A DNA stretch of 64,000 nucleotides, taken from the NCBI RefSeq assembly GCF_046105845.1, contig NZ_CP151004.1. One strand, written 5' to 3'. Shown here piece after piece: positions 25,790 through 36,311 of this stretch (position 1 is the stretch's first letter; each line of letters starts with the position of its first letter). The notes below the pieces were generated by a model. The model saw nothing but the letters and a program-made list of their open reading frames with translations. It searched no databases and was not told the DNA's origin. The DNA comes from Escherichia coli. GTDB taxonomy: Bacteria; Pseudomonadota; Gammaproteobacteria; Enterobacterales; Enterobacteriaceae. The position numbers were made by a program, and so were the translations under genes.

Positions 25790-26010
25790 CGTCTCACCCT
25801 TGCTCGCGAGGTCCCGGTTTAACTTTAGACGCAGTTTTGCGAACCAGGTAGTTTTGCCCGTTTTTTGTGCATCTATAGGGTGATTTTATTTTTGCCAGGC
25901 GATTTTGAGTGATCGTACTCACGAATTCTCATTTTTCTGCAAGAGTTCAAAGAAAGTTAAACGCAGGCAATGTATGTTACGCGTTTTAAAGGGAAGTGTG
26001 GTTTGCGGGT

Positions 26011-27696
26011 ATGTACGATTTTAATCTGGTGTTGCTGCTGCTTCAGCAGATGTGCGTTTTTTTAGTCATTGCGTGGTTAATGAGTAAAACGCCATTATTC
26101 ATACCGTTAATGCAGGTCACGGTTCGTCTGCCGCATAAATTTCTCTGCTACATCGTCTTTTCCATCTTCTGCATCATGGGCACCTGGTTTGGGCTGCATA
26201 TTGACGATTCTATTGCCAATACCCGTGCGATAGGCGCGGTAATGGGCGGCTTACTCGGCGGTCCGGTCGTCGGTGGGCTGGTTGGTCTGACCGGCGGGTT
26301 ACATCGATATTCGATGGGGGGCATGACCGCGCTAAGTTGCATGATCTCGACCATCGTTGAAGGGTTGCTCGGCGGCCTGGTACACAGCATCCTGATCCGT
26401 CGCGGGCGCACTGATAAAGTCTTTAACCCCATTACCGCCGGTGCCGTCACGTTCGTCGCTGAAATGGTGCAAATGTTGATCATCCTGGCGATCGCCCGAC
26501 CTTATGAAGATGCGGTGCGTTTGGTGAGTAATATTGCTGCGCCAATGATGGTCACCAATACCGTCGGCGCGGCGCTGTTTATGCGTATATTGCTCGATAA
26601 ACGCGCGATGTTTGAAAAATACACTTCGGCTTTTTCTGCCACTGCGCTAAAAGTGGCTGCCTCGACGGAAGGCATTTTGCGCCAGGGGTTTAACGAAGTG
26701 AACAGCATGAAAGTGGCACAGGTGCTGTATCAGGAGCTGGATATTGGTGCAGTCGCGATTACCGATCGAGAAAAATTGCTGGCCTTTACCGGAATTGGTG
26801 ACGACCACCATTTACCCGGCAAACCGATTTCTTCGACTTATACCTTAAAAGCGATTGAAACCGGTGAAGTGGTCTACGCTGATGGCAACGAAGTACCTTA
26901 TCGTTGCTCTTTGCATCCGCAATGCAAACTGGGATCGACGCTGGTAATTCCGTTGCGTGGCGAAAATCAGCGGGTGATGGGCACCATCAAATTGTATGAA
27001 GCCAAAAACCGTTTATTCAGTTCAATCAACCGCACGCTGGGCGAGGGGATTGCGCAACTGCTTTCGGCGCAGATCCTCGCCGGGCAATATGAGCGGCAAA
27101 AAGCGATGCTCACCCAGTCAGAGATCAAACTGCTTCACGCCCAGGTGAACCCCCATTTTTTGTTTAATGCGCTTAACACCATTAAAGCGGTGATCCGCCG
27201 CGACAGCGAACAGGCCAGCCAGCTGGTGCAGTATCTTTCCACTTTTTTCCGCAAAAACTTAAAGCGGCCTTCGGAGTTTGTTACTCTCGCAGACGAAATT
27301 GAACATGTGAACGCTTATCTGCAAATTGAAAAGGCGCGCTTCCAGTCGCGGTTGCAGGTCAACATTGCTATTCCGCAAGAATTATCCCAGCAGCAATTGC
27401 CCGCGTTTACCCTGCAACCGATAGTGGAAAACGCCATTAAACATGGGACATCACAACTGCTCGATACAGGGCGAGTGGCAATCAGCGCCCGACGTGAGGG
27501 GCAACATTTGATGCTGGAGATCGAAGACAATGCCGGTTTGTATCAACCGGTAACCAATGCCAGTGGGCTGGGGATGAATCTGGTGGATAAGCGTTTACGT
27601 GAACGGTTTGGCGATGACTATGGGATAAGCGTCGCCTGTGAGCCTGATAGTTACACCCGAATAACGTTACGACTACCATGGAGGGACGAGGCATGA
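26011..27696 (+). CDS. btsS: LytS-type sensor histidine kinase BtsS (YehU)
   Basis: Start at [11 protein letters not shown] gives 561 aa; 5TM-LytS, GAF and His-kinase regions ([14 protein letters not shown]). Confidence 0.93.
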   Translation: MYDFNLVLLLLQQMCVFLVIAWLMSKTPLFIPLMQVTVRLPHKFLCYIVFSIFCIMGTWFGLHIDDSIANTRAIGAVMGGLLGGPVVGGLVGLTGGLHRYSMGGMTALSCMISTIVEGLLGGLVHSILIRRGRTDKVFNPITAGAVTFVAEMVQMLIILAIARPYEDAVRLVSNIAAPMMVTNTVGAALFMRILLDKRAMFEKYTSAFSATALKVAASTEGILRQGFNEVNSMKVAQVLYQELDIGAVAITDREKLLAFTGIGDDHHLPGKPISSTYTLKAIETGEVVYADGNEVPYRCSLHPQCKLGSTLVIPLRGENQRVMGTIKLYEAKNRLFSSINRTLGEGIAQLLSAQILAGQYERQKAMLTQSEIKLLHAQVNPHFLFNALNTIKAVIRRDSEQASQLVQYLSTFFRKNLKRPSEFVTLADEIEHVNAYLQIEKARFQSRLQVNIAIPQELSQQQLPAFTLQPIVENAIKHGTSQLLDTGRVAISARREGQHLMLEIEDNAGLYQPVTNASGLGMNLVDKRLRERFGDDYGISVACEPDSYTRITLRLPWRDEA

Positions 27697-28412
27697 TTAA
27701 AGTCTTAATTGTCGATGATGAACCGTTAGCACGGGAGAACCTGCGCGTATTTTTGCAGGAGCAGAGCGATATTGAAATCGTTGGTGAGTGTTCAAACGCC
27801 GTGGAAGGGATCGGCGCGGTGCATAAACTGCGCCCGGATGTGCTGTTTCTTGATATCCAGATGCCGCGCATCAGTGGTCTGGAAATGGTGGGAATGCTCG
27901 ACCCGGAACATCGTCCGTATATCGTTTTTCTCACCGCGTTTGACGAATACGCTATTAAAGCCTTTGAAGAACATGCCTTTGATTATCTGCTGAAGCCAAT
28001 TGACGAAGCGCGACTGGAGAAAACGCTGGCGCGATTGCGTCTGGAGCGCAGCAAGCAGGATGTTTCGCTGTTACCGGAAAATCAACAGGCGCTGAAATTT
28101 ATCCCTTGTACGGGGCATAGTCGGATTTATTTGCTGCAAATGAAAGATGTGGCATTTGTCAGCAGTCGGATGAGCGGTGTCTACGTTACCAGTCACGAAG
28201 GGAAAGAGGGCTTTACCGAACTGACATTACGTACCCTGGAGAGTCGTACACCACTACTACGCTGCCATCGTCAGTATCTGGTTAACCTCGCGCATTTACA
28301 GGAGATTCGTCTGGAAGATAACGGCCAGGCCGAGTTGATTTTGCGTAATGGCTTAACCGTGCCGGTCAGCCGTCGTTATCTGAAAAGCTTAAAAGAGGCG
28401 ATTGGCCTGTAA
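27693..28412 (+). CDS. btsR: LytTR-family response regulator BtsR (YehT)
   Basis: Start at [15 protein letters not shown] gives 239 aa; ATGA start/stop overlap with btsS. Confidence 0.93.
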   Translation: MIKVLIVDDEPLARENLRVFLQEQSDIEIVGECSNAVEGIGAVHKLRPDVLFLDIQMPRISGLEMVGMLDPEHRPYIVFLTAFDEYAIKAFEEHAFDYLLKPIDEARLEKTLARLRLERSKQDVSLLPENQQALKFIPCTGHSRIYLLQMKDVAFVSSRMSGVYVTSHEGKEGFTELTLRTLESRTPLLRCHRQYLVNLAHLQEIRLEDNGQAELILRNGLTVPVSRRYLKSLKEAIGL

Positions 28413-28458
28413 AAGACTGCTAAAATGGCTTTTTGCCTCATCAACACCTGAAGGCCTC

Positions 28459-28929
28459 ATGCTAAGTAACGATATTCTGCGCAGCGTGCGCTACATTTTG
28501 AAAGCCAATAATAATGACCTGGTGCGTATTCTGGCGCTGGGTAATGTCGAAGCCACCGCGGAACAGATCGCCGTCTGGCTACGTAAAGAAGACGAAGAGG
28601 GTTTTCAGCGTTGTCCGGACATTGTTTTGTCTTCCTTCCTCAATGGCCTGATTTATGAAAAACGCGGCAAGGATGAGTCTGCTCCGGCACTGGAGCCGGA
28701 ACGTCGCATTAATAACAACATCGTGCTGAAAAAATTACGCATCGCGTTTTCGCTGAAAACCGATGACATTCTGGCGATCCTTACCGAACAGCAGTTCCGC
28801 GTTTCGATGCCGGAAATTACGGCGATGATGCGTGCACCGGATCATAAAAACTTCCGCGAATGCGGCGATCAATTTTTACGTTATTTTCTGCGTGGACTGG
28901 CAGCGCGCCAGCATGTGAAGAAAAGCTAA
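28459..28929 (+). CDS. yehS: DUF1456 protein YehS
   Basis: Start at MLSNDILRSVRYILK gives 156 aa. Confidence 0.85.
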   Translation: MLSNDILRSVRYILKANNNDLVRILALGNVEATAEQIAVWLRKEDEEGFQRCPDIVLSSFLNGLIYEKRGKDESAPALEPERRINNNIVLKKLRIAFSLKTDDILAILTEQQFRVSMPEITAMMRAPDHKNFRECGDQFLRYFLRGLAARQHVKKS

Positions 28930-28938
28930 GACGGGTAT

Positions 28939-28963
28939 GGCGGCCATGCGAAACATGGCCGCC
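28939..28963. terminator. Hairpin between convergent yehS and yehR
   Basis: GGCGGCCATG-cgaaa-CATGGCCGCC perfect 10-bp stem. Confidence 0.4.
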
Positions 28964-28969
28964 GACAGA

Positions 28970-29431
28970 TTATTTCACTTCTTTAAAACCAGCGGCTTTC
29001 ATCACCAGTTCCATTTGCGCCATAGTGATACCTTTTTTGGCATCTTCAGCAGAAACGTTGATTCCTGAAATACCCTGCAGGGCTTTAAAATCCACTTTTT
29101 CCATATCGATAGTCACGTTTTCCTGCGCGTAGGTATCGGTATAGGTTAATTTTTCTTCAACACCCGCGATGTTTTTGTATTTGGCGCTTAACGGCTCAAG
29201 TGTCTTGGCAGCATCTTCTTTGGTGGTTGCACCAATGGAGGCAAATTGAATTTTGGTTTCAGAAGATTGCTTAAGCACCTTGTCACCTTTGTAGACATAG
29301 GTAATGGCAATTTCAGTGCCGTTCAGATTGGCGCTGAATTTTTTCGATTCTTCTTTGTCACCGCAGCCAGCAAGAGAGAAAACCAGAACAGATGCAACAA
29401 CGAGGGAAAACAGCTTATTGAAAGCCTTCAT
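28970..29431 (-). CDS. yehR: Lipoprotein YehR (DUF1307)
   Basis: Start at MKAFNKLFSLVVASVLVFSLAGC (lipobox) gives 153 aa. Confidence 0.88.
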   Translation of the reverse strand: MKAFNKLFSLVVASVLVFSLAGCGDKEESKKFSANLNGTEIAITYVYKGDKVLKQSSETKIQFASIGATTKEDAAKTLEPLSAKYKNIAGVEEKLTYTDTYAQENVTIDMEKVDFKALQGISGINVSAEDAKKGITMAQMELVMKAAGFKEVK

Positions 29432-29555
29432 GTAAAACTCCATTTTATTTAATCAAGGAACTGGTGACTCTCACCAGGGGCTATATAGGATATGCCTAAT
29501 ACCGTGGCGTGAGCAGTCCGGAACTGGAGTAGAACTCTTAGTAAAAAGCACTATT

Positions 29556-29852
29556 TCATCCTTGTTGCTGAAGCATGGGGAATAATTGTTCGCAAAGCAA
29601 AACACCGTTATTCATTGCTTCTACCCGTGCCTCGCTTTCTGTATTACGAAATTGTGCCAACACATGTGCCAGCCGATAAAAACCCACCGCGGTGAGGTCA
29701 TTCGCCAGCAACTCTGCCTGACCAATAGCACTCTGTTCCTGATAGCGCCAGCCGTTATGGAGCAGTTGAATAAGTAACGCCTGGCAGCGCATCAGCAACT
29801 GATGAGCGGTAGACGGCACAGGCAGAACGCTGGCAGAAGGTAGCGGTGCCAC
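29556..29852 (-). other. Open frame co-phased with yehQ downstream of its in-frame TGA (possible detached C-terminal segment)
   Basis: 98-codon ORF in the same frame as yehQ, separated from the TGA at 29877-29879 by 8 sense codons; begins with GTG; translated sequence is not low-complexity. Confidence 0.35.
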
Positions 29853-29876
29853 AGGCGCAGTTTCTGCGTCCAGCGC

Positions 29877-31556
29877 TCAGGCGCGGGTTTTGGTCATCAT
29901 TACCCGTGGTTCCAGTGTCAATTGCCCCTCAACAAAACTGACAAAGCCAGAAACCAGACTCACGGGGTCGTCTGTGTGTTGCAAAAGTGCCGCCATGCGT
30001 TCAACGGCAAAAGGAGAACAGGCAGATGCCGGAAGGGATAACGTCAGCACATTATCTTCCCCTTCGCCGCTAATGACCTGCGCGTCCAGTGTCTGGCGGC
30101 TGCTATCCCAACCAAGCGAAATACACTCCGCTACCGGCAGAATAAATAAGTTATCGACCTGGTTGAGTGGTCGTATGCAGGCGGGGGGACGCTGGCGTAA
30201 ATATTCCCGCAAAGCCACAATGCCCGACTGGCGCAACGGCGCGCTCAACATTTGCCAGGCGTCTGGCGACAGCGGCACAACGCTGCTTAAGCGGTTGCGG
30301 GTAGCTAACAACAGCTCGCCATCGGCACTGCGTTTTGCTGCTTGTGAAACAATTTGCCCACCTGCCAGTGCGCCAGCCAGAAAACTAAACAGCCGACGCG
30401 TCGCTGCCGGTGAGTTTTCCTGTTCGCTTCTCGGCCAACTACGCGAAAGATGCAAAATACTGCCAGTGTCGGGATCGGTAAACCAGATGCGTAAACCATA
30501 ATGCTCAATATCCTGCCAGCAACGCATACCTAAAGACACCAGCCGCAGATGATCAAGCTTTGCTTCTCCGGCAATGCCAGAGCCAACGACCGTGCGCCAC
30601 GGCACAGGAGGAACTTCACCAACACTGTCGCGCCGGGCCATCTCTTGTGCGCAATTTAATCGACTGTTTAATGCCGCAAGCTGACGTAAGCATTCTCCGA
30701 CATGATAGTGGCTGGCGCGGGCGTGGAAGGCATCAACGCTGGCGCGCAGTTGCCGTAGCGATTCACTCACCCAGCGCCAGTTGCAGCGTTCCGCCGCTTG
30801 CTGCGCGCGGCTGAAAGCAGCCTTGTAATGAATAAGCGGCTGGCTGATGCCGCCAAGCCATAACGCCTGGCTTAATTGCTGAACATATTGACGACACGCG
30901 TCGCCCTCATCGTTGGCAAACGGATCGTCAGATGATGTGACGTGTTCGCTGCGCATCTGCCAGATTAAATGAGTAAATTCCGCTTGCTGCGCTTTGGCCT
31001 GGACAAAGGCCTGTACTGCCAGTACGACATGTTCGCAAAGTGTGCCGTCAATACAATCACAGCGTGCGAAACGAATGCTGCTGCGGGAATAAAAACGTAC
31101 ATCGCTCATCGGTAAGCGGGCAGAGGGAATTTCGCCCGGCGTACAGAACAACTCAATGGTGATGCCTTTAGCGACCAGTGTCTGTGCGCGTTTGCGGGTG
31201 GCATCGGGCAGGGTAGCCAGTTCTTCCAGCCAGATTGCCGGATCCCACTCTTCTTCTTTTTCCGTAGGCTGGGTGGTGGCGCAAAGTCGCTGATAACTTA
31301 AAACCAGCATCACGCGATGGCGGCACATGCCGCTGGCCCCGCAGCTGCATTGAGCCTCTTTCAGTGCCTGACCGTTCGCCAGCTGGGTGCGGACACCGTC
31401 ACTGAAGGTGGCGATTAAAGCGCCGTTCTCATGGCTGATTTCCGGGACGTTGCCATTTTCCAGTTCTTTAAGGCTGCGCTTAACAAAACCGGCATTGCTT
31501 AACGCCGTCAAAGCTTGTGGTGTCAGTTCTAATAATTCCGGCCGTAGTGAATTCAT
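29877..31556 (-). CDS. yehQ: SWIM zinc-finger protein YehQ (ends at an in-frame TGA)
   Basis: 559-aa ORF with SWIM motif CSCGASGMCRHRVM (CxCxnCxH); ATGA overlap with yehP stop. Confidence 0.85.
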   Translation of the reverse strand: MNSLRPELLELTPQALTALSNAGFVKRSLKELENGNVPEISHENGALIATFSDGVRTQLANGQALKEAQCSCGASGMCRHRVMLVLSYQRLCATTQPTEKEEEWDPAIWLEELATLPDATRKRAQTLVAKGITIELFCTPGEIPSARLPMSDVRFYSRSSIRFARCDCIDGTLCEHVVLAVQAFVQAKAQQAEFTHLIWQMRSEHVTSSDDPFANDEGDACRQYVQQLSQALWLGGISQPLIHYKAAFSRAQQAAERCNWRWVSESLRQLRASVDAFHARASHYHVGECLRQLAALNSRLNCAQEMARRDSVGEVPPVPWRTVVGSGIAGEAKLDHLRLVSLGMRCWQDIEHYGLRIWFTDPDTGSILHLSRSWPRSEQENSPAATRRLFSFLAGALAGGQIVSQAAKRSADGELLLATRNRLSSVVPLSPDAWQMLSAPLRQSGIVALREYLRQRPPACIRPLNQVDNLFILPVAECISLGWDSSRQTLDAQVISGEGEDNVLTLSLPASACSPFAVERMAALLQHTDDPVSLVSGFVSFVEGQLTLEPRVMMTKTRA

Positions 31557-32689
31557 GACTGAAGATTCTCCGCAAGCCAGGTCGCCAGTTCGCCCGGCGT
31601 CATGGCGGCTATTTGTGCGCCGACATTAACCAGCGCCTGGGCCGTATCGTGGTCATAGCAAGGTGTTGCGGTGCTATCGAGCGCCGCCAGTCCCAGTACT
31701 TTGATGCCGCTCTGGACACACTTTTTCACCTGATGCGTCAGTAATGATGATGAACCCCCTTCGTAAAAATCGCTCACGAGGATAATGACGCTTTTCGCTG
31801 GTTGTTCAATAAGTTGCCGACCATATTCCATGGCACTGGCGATATTGGTTCCGCCGCCTAATTGCACTTTCATTAATAACTCTACCGGATCGGCAACGTC
31901 TGCCGTGAGATCAACCACGCTGGTGTCAAACGCCACCAGATGGGTACGAATACCGGGTAACTGCCATAAACAGGTCGCCATCACCGCTGAGTGGATCACC
32001 GAGTCCACCATTGATCCGCTTTGATCAACCAGTAAGACCAGTTGCCATTGTTCACTGTGGCGCTTAATGCGGCTGTTAAAGCGGGGGGATTCGATATACA
32101 ACTTGCCGTGTTGCGGATGCCAGTGTTGCAGGTTGGCGCGCAGCGTACTTTTGAACTCAAAGTTTCGCGCCAGTGGAATAAATGAGCGGCGACGGCGATC
32201 GCGGACACCAGAAAAAGCCTGACGAACTTCCTTTGCCAGTCGCGCCATAATCTCTTCAACAACCTGGTGCACTATCCGGCGGGCGGCAGCCAGCACTTCG
32301 GGATTCATCAGATGTTTGGTGTGCAAAACGGCGCGTAGCAGGCTTTCAGAAGGCTGCATACGTTCCAGCACGTCGAGATTCGTCACCACATCTTCAATGC
32401 CGTAGCGCAGTACGGCATCGCTTTCCAGCCGCTCGATCACCCGTTGCGGAAACAGCGTGTGAATACTGTTGATCCACTCAGGGGTGGTGAGATTTGAGCC
32501 ACCTAATCCACCGGAGCGTTCACCACGCTGGAGCCGTTCAGGATCGCGCCCGTACAGCCACTCCAGCGCGTGGTCTATCTGCCGGGCATTGTCATCCAGC
32601 CCACAAAGGGTCGTTTCTGCCGCTTCGCCAAGAATTAATCGCCAGCGTTGTAGCTCACGGATAGTCAGAAGATCGTTCAGTTCAGACAT
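31553..32689 (-). CDS. yehP: von Willebrand factor A domain protein YehP
   Basis: Start at MSELNDLLTIRE gives 378 aa; MIDAS motif DQSGSM. Confidence 0.9.
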   Translation of the reverse strand: MSELNDLLTIRELQRWRLILGEAAETTLCGLDDNARQIDHALEWLYGRDPERLQRGERSGGLGGSNLTTPEWINSIHTLFPQRVIERLESDAVLRYGIEDVVTNLDVLERMQPSESLLRAVLHTKHLMNPEVLAAARRIVHQVVEEIMARLAKEVRQAFSGVRDRRRRSFIPLARNFEFKSTLRANLQHWHPQHGKLYIESPRFNSRIKRHSEQWQLVLLVDQSGSMVDSVIHSAVMATCLWQLPGIRTHLVAFDTSVVDLTADVADPVELLMKVQLGGGTNIASAMEYGRQLIEQPAKSVIILVSDFYEGGSSSLLTHQVKKCVQSGIKVLGLAALDSTATPCYDHDTAQALVNVGAQIAAMTPGELATWLAENLQS

Positions 32690-34961
32690 GGAAAACTCCC
32701 CAGTGTTGCAGCGATGCCAGTGCCTGCTGTTCGAGTTGTTGATGATGTGCAATGGCTTGCGGTGGACAATGCAACGGCATTTGCAGCGCTGAAACGGGAA
32801 GCTGTGTGAGCTGGTAATGCTCAAGCACCTGATGCGCCAGCGTCCCGCGTTCTCGTGGTGGTAGCCAGGCCATCGCCGCGCGTAAATCGGGCAGGGCGTT
32901 AATAAAATCGTCGTCACTCAGTTGATTTAAATGACTACTGAAACCGGCGATAAATGCCGGCTGACAGGCCAGTTGATGGCGGGCCAGCGCCAGCAAACCG
33001 TGCAGCGCTTCGCCGGATTGTGCCGGGGATAATTGCGCCAGCATTGTCAGCGCCGCTTCGGCACTGGCGTTGGGATGTTCCAGACGCATTAGTGCGCCAA
33101 GAGCCGCGCCGCGATCCAGCGCCGGGGCATGAATCGCCTGACTGCGGCGCTCCAGTAAGGCTACCGCCGCAGAAAGCGAAACGCCGGGTAAATTAACGCC
33201 GCTATGTAGATCGCGCAGGATATGGCAAAGCGTCTGCCAGCTATGCAGGTGAGCGTGAAACTCCTTTTCCTCCGGTCTGCCGTTGGATTCACACAGCCAG
33301 AGTGTGCGATCGATAGCCGCGCATAACGTCGTCTGTAATATCTGCGCGCCTTGCATACCGCTAATTTCATCCAGCCGCCATAAGGCGTATAGCACTTCCA
33401 GCGCCTGGCCCATTTCGGCAAACTGATTTTCCTGGGCGATTAATAATGTAAGTTGCTCCAGTAATTGTTGACTGAAGGACGCCAGACCCGCTAACGCCGC
33501 TTGGCTAAGACATGTGGTGATACTGCCGATTCCACCCGCGTCCAGCATATCGGCTTCTAATTTATTGCGTGCGGCTTCCTGGAGTGTGGCACCAAAGCAG
33601 GCGGCCTCAATCAATGCCGCATGCTGGCTAAGCGGGCGGGTTAATTTCCAGCGTTCTTCACCGTTGCCTGCAAGTGTCAGTGTGCTTCCCTGCTGGCGTA
33701 CAACCCCTGGGATCTCCAGTATTGCCAACCGATGTAACACCTGACTTTGCGCCAGTCCATCGGGGGTAAAGCGATTTAAGGTAAGCTCCGCCGGAAGAGA
33801 GATTCCGGTACGTTCCAGTTCGCAGGTGACATCTTTTGGCAGAGGCGGTTGTGGCGTAGAAGGGGCAAGTTTACCGAATCCGTCACCCGCTAATGTGTCT
33901 ATCAACGTTAGCAGAATCGGATCGGTATCGGGATGAATAACGCCGCGATAGCTCCACGGCAGCGGCGCATTCAGGGCTTCTTTAATCAGCGAGCCTGCTA
34001 TGGCATCCAGCCAGTCAGTGCGTAACGGTAGTGTATGACCACGCAACTGTGCCAGTGCCATCGCATGCAGATGAGCGGCAGCCATATCAGCGGTAGAAGC
34101 GGGCAATTTGTGCTGGCGCAAACGGGTAAGGATAGTTTTTAGCAGTTGTTCACCGGCCTGCTGTAGGCCCCACTGCCAGCACCAGTTTTGCCAGACCGGG
34201 GCAGGCATACCAGAAAGGTATCCTGCCAGCACATCAAGGCGCTTTTCACTGTAGGGGGTGAGATAACAACCTGTAACGGCATCATCCAGTAAGAGCAATT
34301 CTGGCGTGTTAATTACCTGCGGACATTCGCGCCACATTTTTGCCAGTGCCGGAGCGTGCCAGCCACCGCAGACAACTAACACGTCGCCATTATTTTGCTG
34401 CATCGCCCATCCAATCCAGCGGGCCATAAAGGCTTCGCGCTGACGATTGAGAACATCTCCGGGGGAGTCGCCCCGCAGTTGGGCAAAATAGTGCGCAAGT
34501 GCAGAGGGTAATGCAGTTTGCTGGCTTTCATCTTCGAACAAGTGATCCCACAGGGTGTCGCTGTTATCCATGCGGGTGGCACGCAGCAGCAAGGTCTGGC
34601 TTTCCTCTTGCGTATCAGGCGAATCGTCCTCTTCTTCACTCTGCGCCCAGCAAGGCAAATCGATGAAGTAAGTTTGTGCCTGAATACGACGAGCGGCTTG
34701 TAGCGCCTGCCACTCCGGCGAAAATTCAGCAAATGGCGTCCAGGCACCACGCCCGGGGGCTACACCGTCCTGATACTGGCAATAACTGTAAATAGCTACC
34801 GGAAGCTGGTGAGCTAACAACAGTTCGTCTACCCGGTCATTAAAATCAGCCGGGCCTTCAATCAACACGTATCGTGGCCGCTGGCTTTCGATTAACGATT
34901 TCACCAGCCGGGCGCAGGCCGGACTATGATGCCGGATGCCGACAATTAACGGCTCGCTCAT
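32682..34961 (-). CDS. yehM: Uncharacterised protein YehM
   Basis: Start at MSEPLIVGIRHHSPACARLV gives 759 aa; overlaps yehL stop and yehP start. Confidence 0.9.
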   Translation of the reverse strand: MSEPLIVGIRHHSPACARLVKSLIESQRPRYVLIEGPADFNDRVDELLLAHQLPVAIYSYCQYQDGVAPGRGAWTPFAEFSPEWQALQAARRIQAQTYFIDLPCWAQSEEEDDSPDTQEESQTLLLRATRMDNSDTLWDHLFEDESQQTALPSALAHYFAQLRGDSPGDVLNRQREAFMARWIGWAMQQNNGDVLVVCGGWHAPALAKMWRECPQVINTPELLLLDDAVTGCYLTPYSEKRLDVLAGYLSGMPAPVWQNWCWQWGLQQAGEQLLKTILTRLRQHKLPASTADMAAAHLHAMALAQLRGHTLPLRTDWLDAIAGSLIKEALNAPLPWSYRGVIHPDTDPILLTLIDTLAGDGFGKLAPSTPQPPLPKDVTCELERTGISLPAELTLNRFTPDGLAQSQVLHRLAILEIPGVVRQQGSTLTLAGNGEERWKLTRPLSQHAALIEAACFGATLQEAARNKLEADMLDAGGIGSITTCLSQAALAGLASFSQQLLEQLTLLIAQENQFAEMGQALEVLYALWRLDEISGMQGAQILQTTLCAAIDRTLWLCESNGRPEEKEFHAHLHSWQTLCHILRDLHSGVNLPGVSLSAAVALLERRSQAIHAPALDRGAALGALMRLEHPNASAEAALTMLAQLSPAQSGEALHGLLALARHQLACQPAFIAGFSSHLNQLSDDDFINALPDLRAAMAWLPPRERGTLAHQVLEHYQLTQLPVSALQMPLHCPPQAIAHHQQLEQQALASLQHWGVFHV

Positions 34962-34971
34962 GCATCTTTCC

Positions 34972-36060
34972 TCACGGCAGGCGGTGGCGAGCTTGATAAT
35001 AAGACTGCCAGTGAGCTTCTTTATGTGTGGCGACGCGCTGTTCGAAGTAACGGCGCAGACGCGCGCGATCTTCTTCGTTATCTTTGACGATGGTTCCGGC
35101 AATACAGTCCACCAGGTCGGCAGGCTCCCCCGCGCGATTCGCTAAAAACCAGGCGCGGACACCCACAGCATGGGCCACGTTAACGGCTTCAGCGGTGGAC
35201 ATAATCGCTGTCAGTGTATCCATTGACGTTTTCTTTTCGCCGTTGGCACGCAGATCGCGGAACGTGCGCACCAGTAATTCCAGTACCGCGTCAGGCACTT
35301 TATGCGGAATACCGCTATGGGCCAGCAAACGCGCCGAAGCACTGGCGACCAGTTCGAGCTCCTGGGCGAAATCCATAATCGGAAAGACAGTTTCAAAATC
35401 GAAGCGACGCTTTAGCGCAGCACTCATTTCATTGACGCCGCGATCGCGGGTATTGGCAGTGGCAATAATATTAAAGCCTTCCCGCGCATAGAGCTGACTG
35501 GCTTCACCAGTGAGTTCCGGCACCGTCATTACCCTGTCAGAAAGCATACCTAACAGACAGTCTTGTACTTCCAGCGGTGTACGCGTTATCTCTTCAAAAC
35601 GGACAATTTTGCCGTCGCGCATTCCCTGGTAAAGCGGGGCTGGGACCAGCGCTTCCGTTGACGGACCATGGTTGATAAGCAGGGCGTAGTTCCAGCCGTA
35701 CTTGATTTGATCTTCGGTGGTAGATGCGCCGCCCTGGATGGTTAACCCGGCATCGCCGCTAATAGCGGTTGCCAGTAATTCAGACAGGAGAGATTTTGCG
35801 GTACCCGGTTCCCCCACCAACATCAAACCGCGCCCGGTGGCAAGAGTGACTAACATACGTTCGACAGCGGAGGGACTAATCACCACTTTACGGCTAATAT
35901 TTTGCGCGCTATCGCCAAGGATAAAAGCACGGGCCGCAGGCAAACTTAACTGCCAACCGGGCGGGCAAGGTGCGTTATCATTTTGTTTTAATTTTGCCAG
36001 TTCATCGGCGTATAACACAGCAGCAGGCGGACGCTGCAGATGATTATTCTGCGGTGACAT
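34972..36060 (-). CDS. yehL: MoxR-type AAA+ ATPase YehL
   Basis: Start at MSPQNNHLQRP gives 362 aa; Walker A GEPGTAKS. Confidence 0.9.
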   Translation of the reverse strand: MSPQNNHLQRPPAAVLYADELAKLKQNDNAPCPPGWQLSLPAARAFILGDSAQNISRKVVISPSAVERMLVTLATGRGLMLVGEPGTAKSLLSELLATAISGDAGLTIQGGASTTEDQIKYGWNYALLINHGPSTEALVPAPLYQGMRDGKIVRFEEITRTPLEVQDCLLGMLSDRVMTVPELTGEASQLYAREGFNIIATANTRDRGVNEMSAALKRRFDFETVFPIMDFAQELELVASASARLLAHSGIPHKVPDAVLELLVRTFRDLRANGEKKTSMDTLTAIMSTAEAVNVAHAVGVRAWFLANRAGEPADLVDCIAGTIVKDNEEDRARLRRYFEQRVATHKEAHWQSYYQARHRLP

Positions 36061-36171
36061 ATATTCATCCCTGAAATGTATTAATGAAATAAACGATATT
36101 TTACGCGCAATAAATGTTTTGCGCATTAGTTGTTTGAACGGAAAATATCTGGAAAGCAGATCACAGTAAAT

Positions 36172-36254
36172 AAAAAAACCTGCTGGTGAGGCAGGTTCTT
36201 TTATTTACTATTTTCAGGCCCAACACCGCAGCCTGTGCAACATCGTGTTCCAAC
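36172..36254 (-). ncRNA. Candidate OrzO-like antitoxin sRNA, copy 1
   Basis: Minus-strand TATAAT at 36266-36261 with TTGCAA -35 at 36289-36284 (17-bp spacer); ends at hairpin CCTGCCTCACCAGCAGG followed by TTTTTTT (36195-36172). Confidence 0.45.
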
Positions 36255-36283
36255 GAACGAATTATAACCATCGGTGGACCCCG

Positions 36284-36311
36284 TTGCAATTAAGATAATG
36301 AGATTTATAAT
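36284..36311 (+). promoter_or_regulatory. Sigma70 promoter of toxin mRNA, copy 1
   Basis: TTGCAA-16 bp-TATAAT; predicted start near 36318 gives a 5' UTR of about 175 nt. Confidence 0.5.
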
